This document shows, one piece after another, positions 1 through 12,700 of a stretch of DNA of 32,543 bases (its first letter is position 1; every line of letters begins with the position of its first letter). The DNA comes from Chiloscyllium plagiosum. Its lineage: Eukaryota. The DNA lies in assembly GCF_004010195.1 (NCBI RefSeq), contig NW_025214541.1, forward strand, positions 13,189 through 45,731, written 5' to 3'. Made by a program: the position numbers and the translations under genes. The notes below the pieces were generated by a model that saw only the letters and a list, made by a program, of their open reading frames with translations, did no database searches and had not been told where the DNA came from.

Positions 1-1427
1 TAGTTGATCGATTATCTCAGCACTGGGACATCTCTGTCGGTGATCAGTTATCTCAGCACTGGGGCATCTCTGTCGGTGATCAGTTATCTCAGTACAGGGA
101 CATCTCTGTATGTGATCGGTTATCTCAGCACTGGGACATGTCTGTAGGTGATCGGTTATCTTAGCACTGGAACATCTCTGTAAGTGACCGGTTAGCTCAG
201 CACTGAGACATCTCTGTAGGTGATCATATCTCAGATCTAGGACCTCTCTGTTCATGATCAGTTATCTCAGCATGGGACAACTGTGTAGGCAATTGGTTTT
301 TCTGCACTGGCACATCTCAGTAAGTGGTCAGTCATATCAGCACGGGGACATCTCCGTAGGTGATCAGTTATCTCAGCACGGGGACATCTCCATAGATGAT
401 CAGTTATCTCAGCATGTGGACATCTCTATAGTTGATCGATTATCTCAGCACTGGGACATCTCTGTCGGTGATCAGTTATCTCAGTACTGGGACATCTCTG
501 TAGGTGATCGGTTAGCTCAGCGCTGAGACATCTTTGTAGGCGATCAATTATCTCAGATCTAGGACCTCTCTGCTCTTGATCAGTTATCTCCGCACTGGGA
601 CATCTCTGTATGCGATCAGTTATCTCAGCACTGTGACAACTCTGTAGGCAATCGGTTAACTCAACACTGATATATCAATGTGCGTGATCAGTTATCTCAG
701 CACATGACATCTCTGTAGGCAATCAGTTATCTCAGCACTCGGACACCTCTGTGGGTGATCAGTTATTTCAGCACAGGGACATCTCTGTAGGCAATCTTTT
801 ATCTCAGCACTGGGACGTCTCTGTAAATGCTCGATTATCTCAGCATTGGGACATCTCTGTAGGCGATTGGTTATCACGGCATGGGGACATCTCTGTATGT
901 GATCAGTTATCTCAGCACTGGGACGTCTCTGTAGATACTCGATTATCTCAGCACTGGGACATCTCTGTAGGCAACTGGTTATCTCAGCATGGGGACATCT
1001 CTGTATGTGATCAGTTACCTCAGCACTGGGACATCTCATAGGTGATCGGTTATCTCAGCACTAGCTCATATCTGTAGGTGATCAGTTATCACAGCACTGA
1101 GACATCTCTGCAGGTGATCAGTTACCCCCGCACTGGGACATATCTGTAGGTGATTAGTTATTTCAGCACTGGGACATCTCTGTAGCCGATCAGTTGTCTC
1201 AGCACTGGGATATCTCTGTGGGTGATCAGTTATCCCCGCACTGGGACATATCTGTAGGTGATAAGTTATTTCAGCACTGGGACATCTCTGTAGCCGATCA
1301 GTTATCTCAGCACTGGGACATCTCTGTGGGTGATCAGTTACCTCCGCACTGGGACAACACTGAAGGCGATCAGTTATCTCAGATCCAGGACATTTCTGTA
1401 CGTGATCAGTTATCTCAGCACTGGGAC

Positions 1428-2363
1428 NNNNNNNNNNNNNNNNNNNNNNNNNNNNNNNNNNNNNNNNNNNNNNNNNNNNNNNNNNNNNNNNNNNNNNNNN
1501 NNNNNNNNNNNNNNNNNNNNNNNNNNNNNNNNNNNNNNNNNNNNNNNNNNNNNNNNNNNNNNNNNNNNNNNNNNNNNNNNNNNNNNNNNNNNNNNNNNNN
1601 NNNNNNNNNNNNNNNNNNNNNNNNNNNNNNNNNNNNNNNNNNNNNNNNNNNNNNNNNNNNNNNNNNNNNNNNNNNNNNNNNNNNNNNNNNNNNNNNNNNN
1701 NNNNNNNNNNNNNNNNNNNNNNNNNNNNNNNNNNNNNNNNNNNNNNNNNNNNNNNNNNNNNNNNNNNNNNNNNNNNNNNNNNNNNNNNNNNNNNNNNNNN
1801 NNNNNNNNNNNNNNNNNNNNNNNNNNNNNNNNNNNNNNNNNNNNNNNNNNNNNNNNNNNNNNNNNNNNNNNNNNNNNNNNNNNNNNNNNNNNNNNNNNNN
1901 NNNNNNNNNNNNNNNNNNNNNNNNNNNNNNNNNNNNNNNNNNNNNNNNNNNNNNNNNNNNNNNNNNNNNNNNNNNNNNNNNNNNNNNNNNNNNNNNNNNN
2001 NNNNNNNNNNNNNNNNNNNNNNNNNNNNNNNNNNNNNNNNNNNNNNNNNNNNNNNNNNNNNNNNNNNNNNNNNNNNNNNNNNNNNNNNNNNNNNNNNNNN
2101 NNNNNNNNNNNNNNNNNNNNNNNNNNNNNNNNNNNNNNNNNNNNNNNNNNNNNNNNNNNNNNNNNNNNNNNNNNNNNNNNNNNNNNNNNNNNNNNNNNNN
2201 NNNNNNNNNNNNNNNNNNNNNNNNNNNNNNNNNNNNNNNNNNNNNNNNNNNNNNNNNNNNNNNNNNNNNNNNNNNNNNNNNNNNNNNNNNNNNNNNNNNN
2301 NNNNNNNNNNNNNNNNNNNNNNNNNNNNNNNNNNNNNNNNNNNNNNNNNNNNNNNNNNNNNNN
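1428..2363. other. Assembly gap (N run)
   Basis: Run of n characters. Confidence 1.
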
Positions 2364-5300
2364 GTTATCTCAGCACTGGGACATCTCTGTAGGTGACCAG
2401 TTATCTCAGCACTGAGACATTTCTGTAGGTAAAGAGTTATCTCAGCAGTGGGACATCTCTTTAGGTGGTCAATTATCTCAGCACTGGGGCATCTCTGTAC
2501 TTGATCAGTTATCTCAGCAATCGGACATCTGTGTAGGTCATCAATTATCTCAGATCTAGGACTTTCTTGTTCTGGATCAGTTATCTCATCATGGGACATC
2601 AGTGTAGGCGATTGGTTATTTCTGCACTGGAACATCTCTGTAGGTGATCAGTTATCTCAGCACTGGGACATCTCTGTAGGTGACCAGTTATCTCAGCACT
2701 GAGACATTTCTGTAGGTAAAGAGTTATCTCAGCAGTGGGACATCTCTTTAGATGGTCAATTATCTCAGCACTGGGGCATCTCTGTACTTGATCAGTTATG
2801 TCAGCAATCGGACATCTGTGTAGGTCATCAATTATCTCAGATCTAGGACTTTCCTGTTCGGGATCAGTTACGTCATCATGGGACATCAGTGTAGGCGATT
2901 GGTTATTTCTGCACTGGAACATCTCTGTAGGTGATCAGTTATCTCAGCACTGGGACATCTCTGTACGTGATCAGTTACCTCAGCACTCGGACATTGCTGG
3001 AGGTGATCAGTTACCTCCGCATGGGACATCTCTGTATGCGATCAGTTATCTCAGCACTGTGACAACTCTGTAGGCAATTGGTTAACTCAACACTGATATA
3101 TCAATGTGCGTGATCAGTTATCTCAGCACATGACATCTCTGTAGGCAATCAGTTATCTCAGCATGGGACATCTTTGTAGGCGATCAGTTATCTCCTCACT
3201 GGGACATCTCTGTCTGTGATCAGAAATCTCAACACTAGCACATTACTGTAGGTGATCAGTTATCTTAGCACTGAGACATCTCTGTAGGTGATGGGTTATC
3301 TCAGCACTGGGACATCTCTGTAGGTGATCAGTTGCCACAGCACTGGGACACATCTGTAGATGATCAGTTATCTCAGCACTGGGACATCTCTGGATGTGAT
3401 CAGTTATCTCAGCACTGGGACATCTCTGTAGGTGACCAGTTATCTCAGCACTGAGACATTTCTGTAGGTAAAGAGTTATCTCAGCAGTGGGACATCTCTT
3501 TGGATGGTCAATTATCTCAGCACTGGGGCATCTCTGTACTTGATCAGTTATGTCAGCAATCGGACATCTGTGTAGGTCATCAATTATCTCAGATTTAGGA
3601 CTTTCCTGTTCGGGATCAGTTACGTCATCATGGGACATCAGTGTAGGCGATTGGTTATTTCTGCACTGGAACATCTCTGTAGGTGATCAGTTATCTCAGC
3701 ATGGGGACCTCTCTGTAGTTGATCGGTTATCCCCGCACTGGGACATCTCTGCAGGTGATCGGTTACCTCAACACTGGGACATCTCTGTCGGTGATCAGTT
3801 ATCTCAGCATGGGACATCTTTGTAGGCGATCAGTTATCTCATCACTGGGACATCACTGTCTGTGATCAGAAATCTCAACACTAGCACATTACTGTAGGTG
3901 ATTAGTTATCTTAGCACTGAGACATCTCTGTAGGTGATGGGTTATCTCAGCACTGAACATCTCTGTAGGTGATCAGTTATCTAAGCACTGGGACATTTCT
4001 GTCGGTGATCCATTATCTTAGCACTGGGACATCTCAGTAGTTGATCAGTTATCTCAGCGTTGGGACATCATTGTCGGCGATCAGTTATCTCAGCATTGGG
4101 ACATCTCCGTAGGTGATCAGTTATCTCAGCATTGGGACATCTCTGTAGGTGATCAGTTATCTCAGCACAAGGACATCTCTGTCGGTGATCAGTTATCTCA
4201 GCACTGGGACATCTCTGTAGGTGATCAGTTATTTCAGCACTGGGACATCACTGTAGGTGATCAGTTATCTCAGCACTGGGACATCGCTGTCGGTGATTGG
4301 TTATCTTCTCACTGGGACATCTCCGTCGGTGATCGGTAGTTTCTGCTCTAGCACATTACTGTAGGTGATCTGTTATCTTAGCAATGAGACATCTCTGTCG
4401 GTGATCGGTTATCTCAGCATTGGGACATCTCTGTCGATGATCCATTATCTCAGCACTAGGACATCTCAGTAGTTGATCAGTTATCTTAGCGCTGGGACAT
4501 CATTGTCAGCGATATGTTATCTCAGCATTGGGATATCTCTGTCGATGATCGGTTATCTCAGCACTGGGACATCTCTGTAGGCGATCAATTATCTCAGCAC
4601 TGGGACATCTCTTTTGGTGATCAGTTATCTCAACACTGGGACATCTCTATCGGCATTCAGTTATCTAAACACTGGGACATCTCTCTAGGCAATCAGGTAT
4701 CTCAGCACTGTAGATACCTGATTGGACATCTGTGTAGGTCATCAATACATCTCTGTAGGTGATCAGTTATCTCAACACTGGGACATCTCTCTAGGCAATC
4801 AGGTATCTCAGCACTGCCACATCTCTGTGCATGATCAGTTACCTCAACACTGGGACATCTCTGTGCGCGATCAGTTACCTCAACACTGGGACATCTCTGT
4901 ACGCGACCAGTTACCTCAGCACTGGGAAATCTCTGTAGGTGATCACTTGTCTCAGCAATGGGACATCTCTGTAGGTGATCATTTATCTGAACACTGGGAC
5001 ATCTCTGTAGGTGATCAGTTGTCTCAGCAATGGAACATCTCTGTAGGCGATCAATTATCTGAACACTGGGACATCTCTGTAGGTGATCGGTTATCTGAGC
5101 ACAGGGACATCTCTGTATGCGATCAGTAACCTCAACACTGGGATATCTCTGTAGGTGATCAGTTATCTCAGCACTTGGACATCCCTGTACCTGATCAGTT
5201 GTCTCAGCACTGGGACATTTCTGAAGATAATCAGTTATCTCAGCACTGGGACATCTCTTTACGTGATCAGTTATCTCAGCACTGGGACATCTCTTTACGT

Positions 5301-8300
5301 GATCAGTTATCGGAGCATTGGGACATCTCTGTAGGCGATCAGTTATCTCAGCACTGGGACATCTCTTTACGTGATCAGTTATCGTAGCATTGGGACATCT
5401 CTGTACGTGATCAGTTATCTCAGTACTGGGACTCCTCTCGAGGGGTTCAGTCACCTCAGCACTGGGATATCATTAAAGGTGATTGGATATCTCAGAACTG
5501 GTACATCTCTGTCGGTGAACAGTTCTCTCAGCTCTGGGACATCTCTGCAGGGGACATCTCTGCAGGTGATTAGTTATCTAAGCTCTGGCACATCTCTATA
5601 GGCGATCAGTAATCTCTACACTGGGACATCTCTGTAGGCAATCAGGTATCTCAGCACGTGGACATCTCTGTGTGCAATCAGATATCTCAGCTCTGGGACA
5701 TCTCTGTACGTGATCAGTTTTCACAGCATTGTGACATCTCTGTAGGTGATCAGTTATCTCAGCAATGGAACATCTCTGCAGGTGATCATTTATCTGAACA
5801 CTGGGGCATCTCTGTACATGAACAGTTATCACAGCACTGCGACGTCTCTGTCAGTCATCCATTATCTCAGCATTGGGACATCTCTGAAAGTGATTGGTTA
5901 TCTGACCACTCGGATATCTCTGTAGGCGATCAGTTATGTCAACACTGGGTCATCGCTGTATGCGATCAGTAACCTCAACACTGGGACATCTCTGCAGGCG
6001 ATCAGTTATCTCAGCACTGGGACACCTCTGTACGTGATCAGTTAAGTCCGCACTGGGTTATCTCTGAAGATGATCTGTTATCTTATCGCTGGGATATCTC
6101 TGTAGGTGATCATTTACCTCAGCACTGGGACATCTCAGTCAGGAAGCAGTTATCTCAGCACTGGGACATCTCTGCAGGCGATCAGTTATCTCAGCACTGG
6201 GACATCTCTTTCGGAGATCAGTTATCTCAGCACTGGGACATCTCGGTATGTGACCAATTATCTCAGATCTAGGACATCTCTGTGCGTGATCAGTTATCTC
6301 AGCATCGGACATCTCTGTATATGATCAGTTATCTCAGCACTGGGACATCTCTGAAGGTGATCAGGTATCTCAGCACTGAACATCTCTGTTGCTGATCAGT
6401 TATCTCAGCACTGGGACATTTCTGTCGGTGATCCATTATCTTAGCACTGGGACATCTCAGTAGTTGATCAGTTATCTCAGCCCTGGGACATCATTGTCGG
6501 CGATCAGTTATCTCAGCAGTGGGACATCTCTTTAGATGGTCAATTATCTCAGCACTGGGGCATCTCTGTACTTGATCAGTTATCTCAGCAATCGGACATC
6601 TGTGTAGGTCATCAATTATCTCAGATCCCTGTTTGGGATCAGTTACCTCATCATGGGACATCAGTGTAGGCGATTGGTTATTTCTGCACTGGAACATCTC
6701 TGTAGGTGATCAGTTATCTCAGCATGAGGACCTCTCTGTCGATGATCGGTTATCCCCGCACTGCGAAATCTCTGCAGGTGATTGGTTATCTCAGTTCTGG
6801 GTCATCTCTGTAGGCGATCAGTATCACAGCAACGGGACATCTCTGTAGGCAATCAGTATCACAGCAACGGGACATCTCTGTAGGTGATCAGTTTCTCAAC
6901 AATGGGACATCTCTGCAGGTGATAAGTTTCTCAACACTGGGACATCTCTGTAGGTGATCGTTTACCTCAGCACTGGGACATCTCTGTAGGTGATCAGTCA
7001 TCTCTACATTGGGACATCTCTGTAGGTGATCAGTAATCTCAGATACAGGACATCTCTGTACGTGATCAGTTATCTCAGCATGGGACATCTTTGTAGGAGA
7101 TCAGTTATCTCAACACTAGCACATTACTGTAGGTGATCAGTTATCTTAGCACTGAGACATCTCTGTAGGTGATGGGTTATCTCAGCACTGGGACATCTCT
7201 GTAGGTGATCAGTTACCACAGCACAGGGACACCTCTGTAGATGTTCAGTTATCTCAGCACTGGGACATCTCTGTATGTGATCAGTTATCTGAGCACTGGG
7301 ACATCTCTGTAGGTGATGGGTTATCTCAGCACTGATCATCTCTGTAGCTGATCAGTTATCTTAGCACTGGGACATTTCTATCGGTGATCCATTATCTTAG
7401 CACTGGGTCATCTCAGTAGTTGATCAGTTATCTCAGCGTTGGGACATCATTGTCGGCGAACAGTTATCTCAGCATTGGGACATCTCCGTAGGCGATCAGT
7501 TATCTCAGCATTGGGACATCTCTGTAGGGTGATCAGTTATCTCAGCACAAGGACATCTCTGTCGGTGATCAGTTATCTCAGCATTGGGACATCTCTGTAG
7601 TTGATCAGTTATCTCAGCACTGGGACATCACTGAAGGTGATCAGTTACCTCAGCACTGGGGCATCTCTATAGGTGATCAGTTATTTCAGCACTGGGACAT
7701 CATTGTAGGTGATCAGTTATCTCAGCACTGGAACATCGCTGTCGGTGATCAGTTATCTTCCCACTGGGACATCTCCGTCGGTGATCGGTAGTCTCTGCTC
7801 TAGCACATTACTGTAGGTGATCAGTTATCTTAGCAATGAGACATCTCTGTCGGAGATCGGTTATCTCAGCACTGGGACATCTCTGTCGATGATCCATTAT
7901 CTCAGCATTAGGACATCTCAGTAGTTGATCAGTTATCTTAGCGCTGGGACATCATTGTCAGCGATATGTTATCTCAGCATTGGGATATCTCTGTCGATGA
8001 TCGGTTATCACAGCACTGGGACATCTCTGTAGGCGATCAATTATCTCAGCACTGGGACATCTCTTTTGGTGATCAGTTATCTCAACACTGGGACATCACT
8101 GTAGGTGTTCAGTTATCTCAGCACTGGGACATCTCTGTAGGCGATCAATTATCTCAGCACTGGGACATCTCTTTTGGTGATCAGTTATCTCAACAGTGGG
8201 ACATCACTGTAGGTGATCAGTTATCTGAACACTGGGACATCTCTCTAGGCAATCAGGTATCTCAGCACTGTAGATACCTGATTGGACATCTGTGTAGGTC

Positions 8301-8472
8301 ATCAATTATCTCAGATCTAGGACTTTCTTGTTCTGGATCAGTTACCTCATCATGGGACATCAGTGTAGGCGATTGGTTACTTCTGCACTGGGACATCTCT
8401 GCAGGTGATCGGTTATCCCCGCACTGGGACATCTCTGCAGGTGATTGGTTATCTCAGTTCTGGGTCATCTCT

Positions 8473-8717
8473 GTAGGCGATCAGTATCACAGCAACGGGA
8501 CATCTCTGTAGGCGATCAGTATCACAGCAACGGGACATCTCTGTAGGCGATCAGTATCACAGCAACGGGACATCTCTGTAGGCGATCAGTATCACAGCAA
8601 CGGGACATCTCTGTAGGCGATCAGTATCACAGCAACGGGACATCTCTGTAGGCGATCAGTATCACAGCAACGGGACATCTCTGTAGGCGATCAGTATCAC
8701 AGCAACGGGACATCTCT
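8473..8717. repeat. Seven identical copies of a 35-bp satellite variant
   Basis: GTAGGCGATCAGTATCACAGCAACGGGACATCTCT x7 with no mismatches seen; ends at the insertion junction. Confidence 0.95.
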
Positions 8718-8719
8718 GT

Positions 8720-9450
8720 TTGCCTGCCAGATGAGAGTACGAACTAGAGTTGTCCACTTTGCTTTTCGAGACTGATTTGCCATTTAATGATATTACTGAG
8801 CTGTGGCTTGACTTTCCCTATGTTCCACTTATGGTTATTCTTCGTAATAATTTATGAGATTTTAAAAATTTATGTATGTGGATCTCTGAGTCGAATTGAA
8901 CTTGCATTATTTTTAGATTTTAACTATTTGGAAAGTACCCAGTTCTATCCTTTTAGGAGATCATCCATCTTTGCCCTGTTTTTCTTCATTAAGTTTGCAA
9001 TTGACTTTTTCTGTGTGTTTACAACCCTGACATTGGGATTAAATATGGGTCTGAAGTCTGCTGAAGCAATGTTATATAAATAATACCTAAATGAATCCTC
9101 CATTATTGCCATCCAATTAAGAATGGCAGGTGGACCAGGGAAGTGAAAGGCCCTGTAAGAGGGTTTATAACAGTGTCTGTAGGGAAGAGTCGTCAAGAGA
9201 AGTGAGTGCTGATAGAGAAGAGGAAGACCTAGGAGTGCACCTACATGTATGTGGAGAGAAAAATATCAGAGTACTGTAAGGAGCTTTTGTGTGGAGAGTT
9301 GACTCCTCAGGTGTTCTGTTCTCACTACTTTGCTTTGTTCATTGCTGTTATTTTGCTTATTTTGAATCTGATATTCAACATTAATTTTCTGGGGGTTACA
9401 AGCATGCTCCATCTCTACCTCTATTTTAACTGCTGCAAAGTAATCATCCA
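8720..9450 (-). pseudogene. Non-satellite segment with a decayed reading frame; possibly a very diverged Penelope-like RT/thumb remnant
   Basis: ORFs 9266-9454(-) and 8945-9196(-) are in the same frame, giving ~170 codons with one internal TGA: DDYFAAVK...TVL*YFSLH...GLPLLYQ...PPAILNW...FRPIFNPNVRVVNTQKKSIANLMKK. The resemblance to PLE RT/thumb motifs is weak and judged by eye. Confidence 0.3.
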
Positions 9451-9727
9451 ACAAGGGGGCATAGCTTTAAATTAAGGGGGGGGGTTAGGTATAGGACAGA
9501 TGTTAGGGGTAGGTTCTTTACTCAGTGAGTCGTGAGTTCATGGAATGCCCTGCCAGTAGCAGTGGTGGACTCTCCCTCATTATGGGCATTTAAGCGGGCA
9601 TTGGATAGGCATATGGAGGATAGTGGGCTAGTGTAGGTTAGGTGGGCTTGGATCGGCGCAACATCGAGGACCGAAGGGCCTGTACTGCGCTGTATTCTTC
9701 TATGTTCTATGTTCTATGATCTATGTT
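9451..9727 (+). mobile_element. 5'-truncated CR1-clade LINE 3' end (HER1-like)
   Basis: Encodes TRGHSFKLRGG/RYRTDVRGRFFTQ*VVSSWNALP..AFKRALDRHME, followed by a 3'UTR and a (TTCTATG)n tail. Similar to 27476-27748. Confidence 0.92.
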
Positions 9728-12700
9728 CTCAACACTGGGACATCTCTGTAGGTGATTGGTTACCTCAGCACTGGGACATCTCTGTACGTGATCAGTTATC
9801 TCAGCATGGGACATCTTTGTAAGCGATCAGTTATCTCAGCACTGGGACATCACTGGAGGTGATCAGTTATCTCCTCACTGGGACATCTCTGTCTGTGATC
9901 AGAAATCTCAACGCTAGCACATTACTGTAGGTGATCAGTTATCTTAGCACTGAGACATCTCTATAGGTGATGGGTTATCTCAGCACTGAACATCTCTGTA
10001 GCTGATCAGTTAACTCAGCACTGGGACATTTCTGTCGGTGATCCATTATCTTAGCACTGGGACATCTCAGTAGTTGATCAGTTATCTCAGCACTGGAGCA
10101 TCGCTGTCGGTGATCAGTTATCTTCTCACTGGGACATCACCGTCGGTGATCGGTAGTCTCTGCTCTAGCACATTACTGTAGGTGATCAGTTATCTTAGCA
10201 ATGAGACATCTCTGTCGGTGATCGGTTATCTCAGCACTGGGACATTTCTGTCGATGATCCATTATCTCAGCACTAGGACATCTCAGTAGTTGATCAGTTA
10301 TCTTAGCGCTGGGACATCATTGTCAGCGATATTTTATCTCAGCACTGGGACATCTCTGTCGATGATCGGTTATCTCAGCACTGGGACATCTCTGTAGGCG
10401 ATCAATTATCTCAGCACTGGGACATCTCTTTTGGTGATCAGTTATCTCAACACTGGGACATCACTGTAGGCAATCAGGTATCTCAGCACTGGGACATCTC
10501 TGTGCACGATCAGTTACCTCAACACTGGGACATCTCTGTAGGTGATCACTTGTCTCAGCAATGGGACATCTCTGTAGGTGATCATTTATCTGAACACTGG
10601 GACATCTCTGTAGGTGATCAGTTGTCTCAGCAATGGAACATCTCTGTAGGCGATCAGTTATCTGAACACTGGGACATCTCTGTAGGTGATCGGTTATCTG
10701 AGCACAGGGACATCTCTGTATGCGGTCAGTTATGTCAACACTGGGTCATCTCTGTATGCGATCAGTAATCTCAACACTGGGATATCTCTGTAGGTGATCA
10801 GTTATCTCAGCACTTGGATATCCCAGTACCTGATCAGTTGTCTCAGCACTGGGACATTTCTGAAGATAATCAGTTATCTCAGCACTGCGACATCTCTTTA
10901 CGTGATCAGTTATCTCAGCACTGGGACATCTCTTTACGTGATCAGTTATCTTAGCATTGGGACATCTCTGTAGGCGATCAGTTATCTCAGCACTGGGACA
11001 TCTCTGTACTTGATCTGTTATCTCAGTACTGGGACTCCTCTCGAGGGGTCAGTCACCTCAGCACTGGGATATCATTAAAGGTGATTGGATATCTCAGAAC
11101 TGGTACATCTCTGTCGGTGAACAGTTATCTCAGCACTGGGACATCTCTGCAGGGGACATCTCTGCAGGTGATTAGTTATCTCAGCTCTGGCACATCTCTA
11201 TAGGCGATCAGTAATCTCAACACTGGGACATCTCTGTAGACAATCAGGTATCTCAGCACGTGGACATCGTTGTGTGCAATCAGTTACCTCAGCTCTGGGA
11301 CATCTCTGTTCGTGATCGGTTTTCACAGCATTGTGACATCTCTGTAGGTGATCAGTTATCTGAACACTGGGATATCTCTGCAGGTGATCAGATTTCTCAA
11401 CAATGGGGCATCTCTGTACGTGAACAGTTATCACAGCACTGGGACTTCTCTGTCAGTGATCCATTATCTCAGCACTGGGACATCTCTGTAGGTGATCGGT
11501 TATCTGAGCACTCGGACATCTCTGTAGGCGGTCAGTTATGTCAACACTGGGTCATCGCTGTATGCGATCAGTAACCTCAACACTGGGACATCTCTGCAGG
11601 CGATCAGTTATCTCAGCACTGGGAGATCTCTGCAGGCGATCAGTTATCTCAGCACTGGGAGTCTCTGTACGTGATCAGTTATCTCAGCACTGGGACACCT
11701 CTTTCGGAGATCAGTTATCTCAGTACTGGGACATCTCTGCAGGTGATCAGTTATCTCAGCACTGGGACATCTCTGTAGGCGATCAGTTATCGCGGCACTG
11801 GGACATCTATGCAGGCGATCAGTTATCTCAGCACTGGGAGTCTCTGTACGTGATCAGTTATCTCAGCACTGGGACATCTCTTTAGGAGATCAGTTATCTC
11901 AGTACTGGGACATCTCTGCAGGTGATCAGTTATCTCAGCACTGCTACATCTCTGTAGGCGATCAGTTATCGCGGCACTGGGATATCTCTGCACGTGTTCA
12001 GTTACTTCAGCATGATGTCATCTCTGTATGTGATCAGGTACCTGAACACCTGGATATCTCTGTAGGTGATCAGTTACCTCAAAATTGGTACATCTCTGTT
12101 GGAGTTCAGTTATCGCAGCACTGAGACATCTGTGTATGTGATCGGTTATCTCAGCACTGGGACATCCCTGTAGGTGATCAGTTATCTCAGCACTGGGACA
12201 TCTCTGCAGGGGTTCAGTCACCTCCGCAATGGGATATCTTTAAAGGTGATCAGATATCTCAGAACTGGTACATCTCTGCAGGTGATCAGTTATCTCAGCA
12301 CGGGGACACTTCTGCAGGCGATCAGTTATCCTAGCACTGGGACATCTCTCTAGGCCATCAGTTATCTCAGCACTGGGATTCTCTGCACGTGGTCAGTTAT
12401 CACAGCCCTGGGACATCTCTGTAGGTGAACAGTTATCTCAGCAATGAGACATCTCTGTAGGAGATCAGTTATCTCAGCACTGGGACATCTCTGCAGGTGA
12501 TTAGTTATGTATGCTCTGGGACATCTCTATAGACGATCAGTAATCTCAACACTGCGACAACTCTGTAGGTGATCAGTTATCTTAGCACTGGGACATCTCT
12601 GGGCATGATCAGTTATCGCAGCATTCGGACATTCTCTGTAGGTGATCAGTTATCTCAGCACTGGGATTCTCTGTACGTGATCAGTTATCTCAGCACTGGG

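Larger units (their letters stand above)
1..8719. repeat. 36-bp satellite array, segment 1 (continues beyond the window's left edge; includes gap 1428-2363)
   Basis: Head-to-tail diverged copies of CACTGGGACATCTCTGTAGGTGATCAGTTATCTCAG; for example CACTGG starts at 21 and 57. The ORF track shows 12-aa periodic peptides (SQHWDISVGDQL / RCPSAEITDHLQ). Confidence 0.98.

Noticed and set aside
1194..2635. Long ORFs spanning N runs (also 17862-18707 and 30579-31031)
   Set aside because: Artefacts of assembly gaps.
8787..9083. Hydrophobic plus-strand ORF as a membrane protein (also 9245-9475)
   Set aside because: T-rich antisense of the longer minus-strand frame; short and without recognisable motifs.
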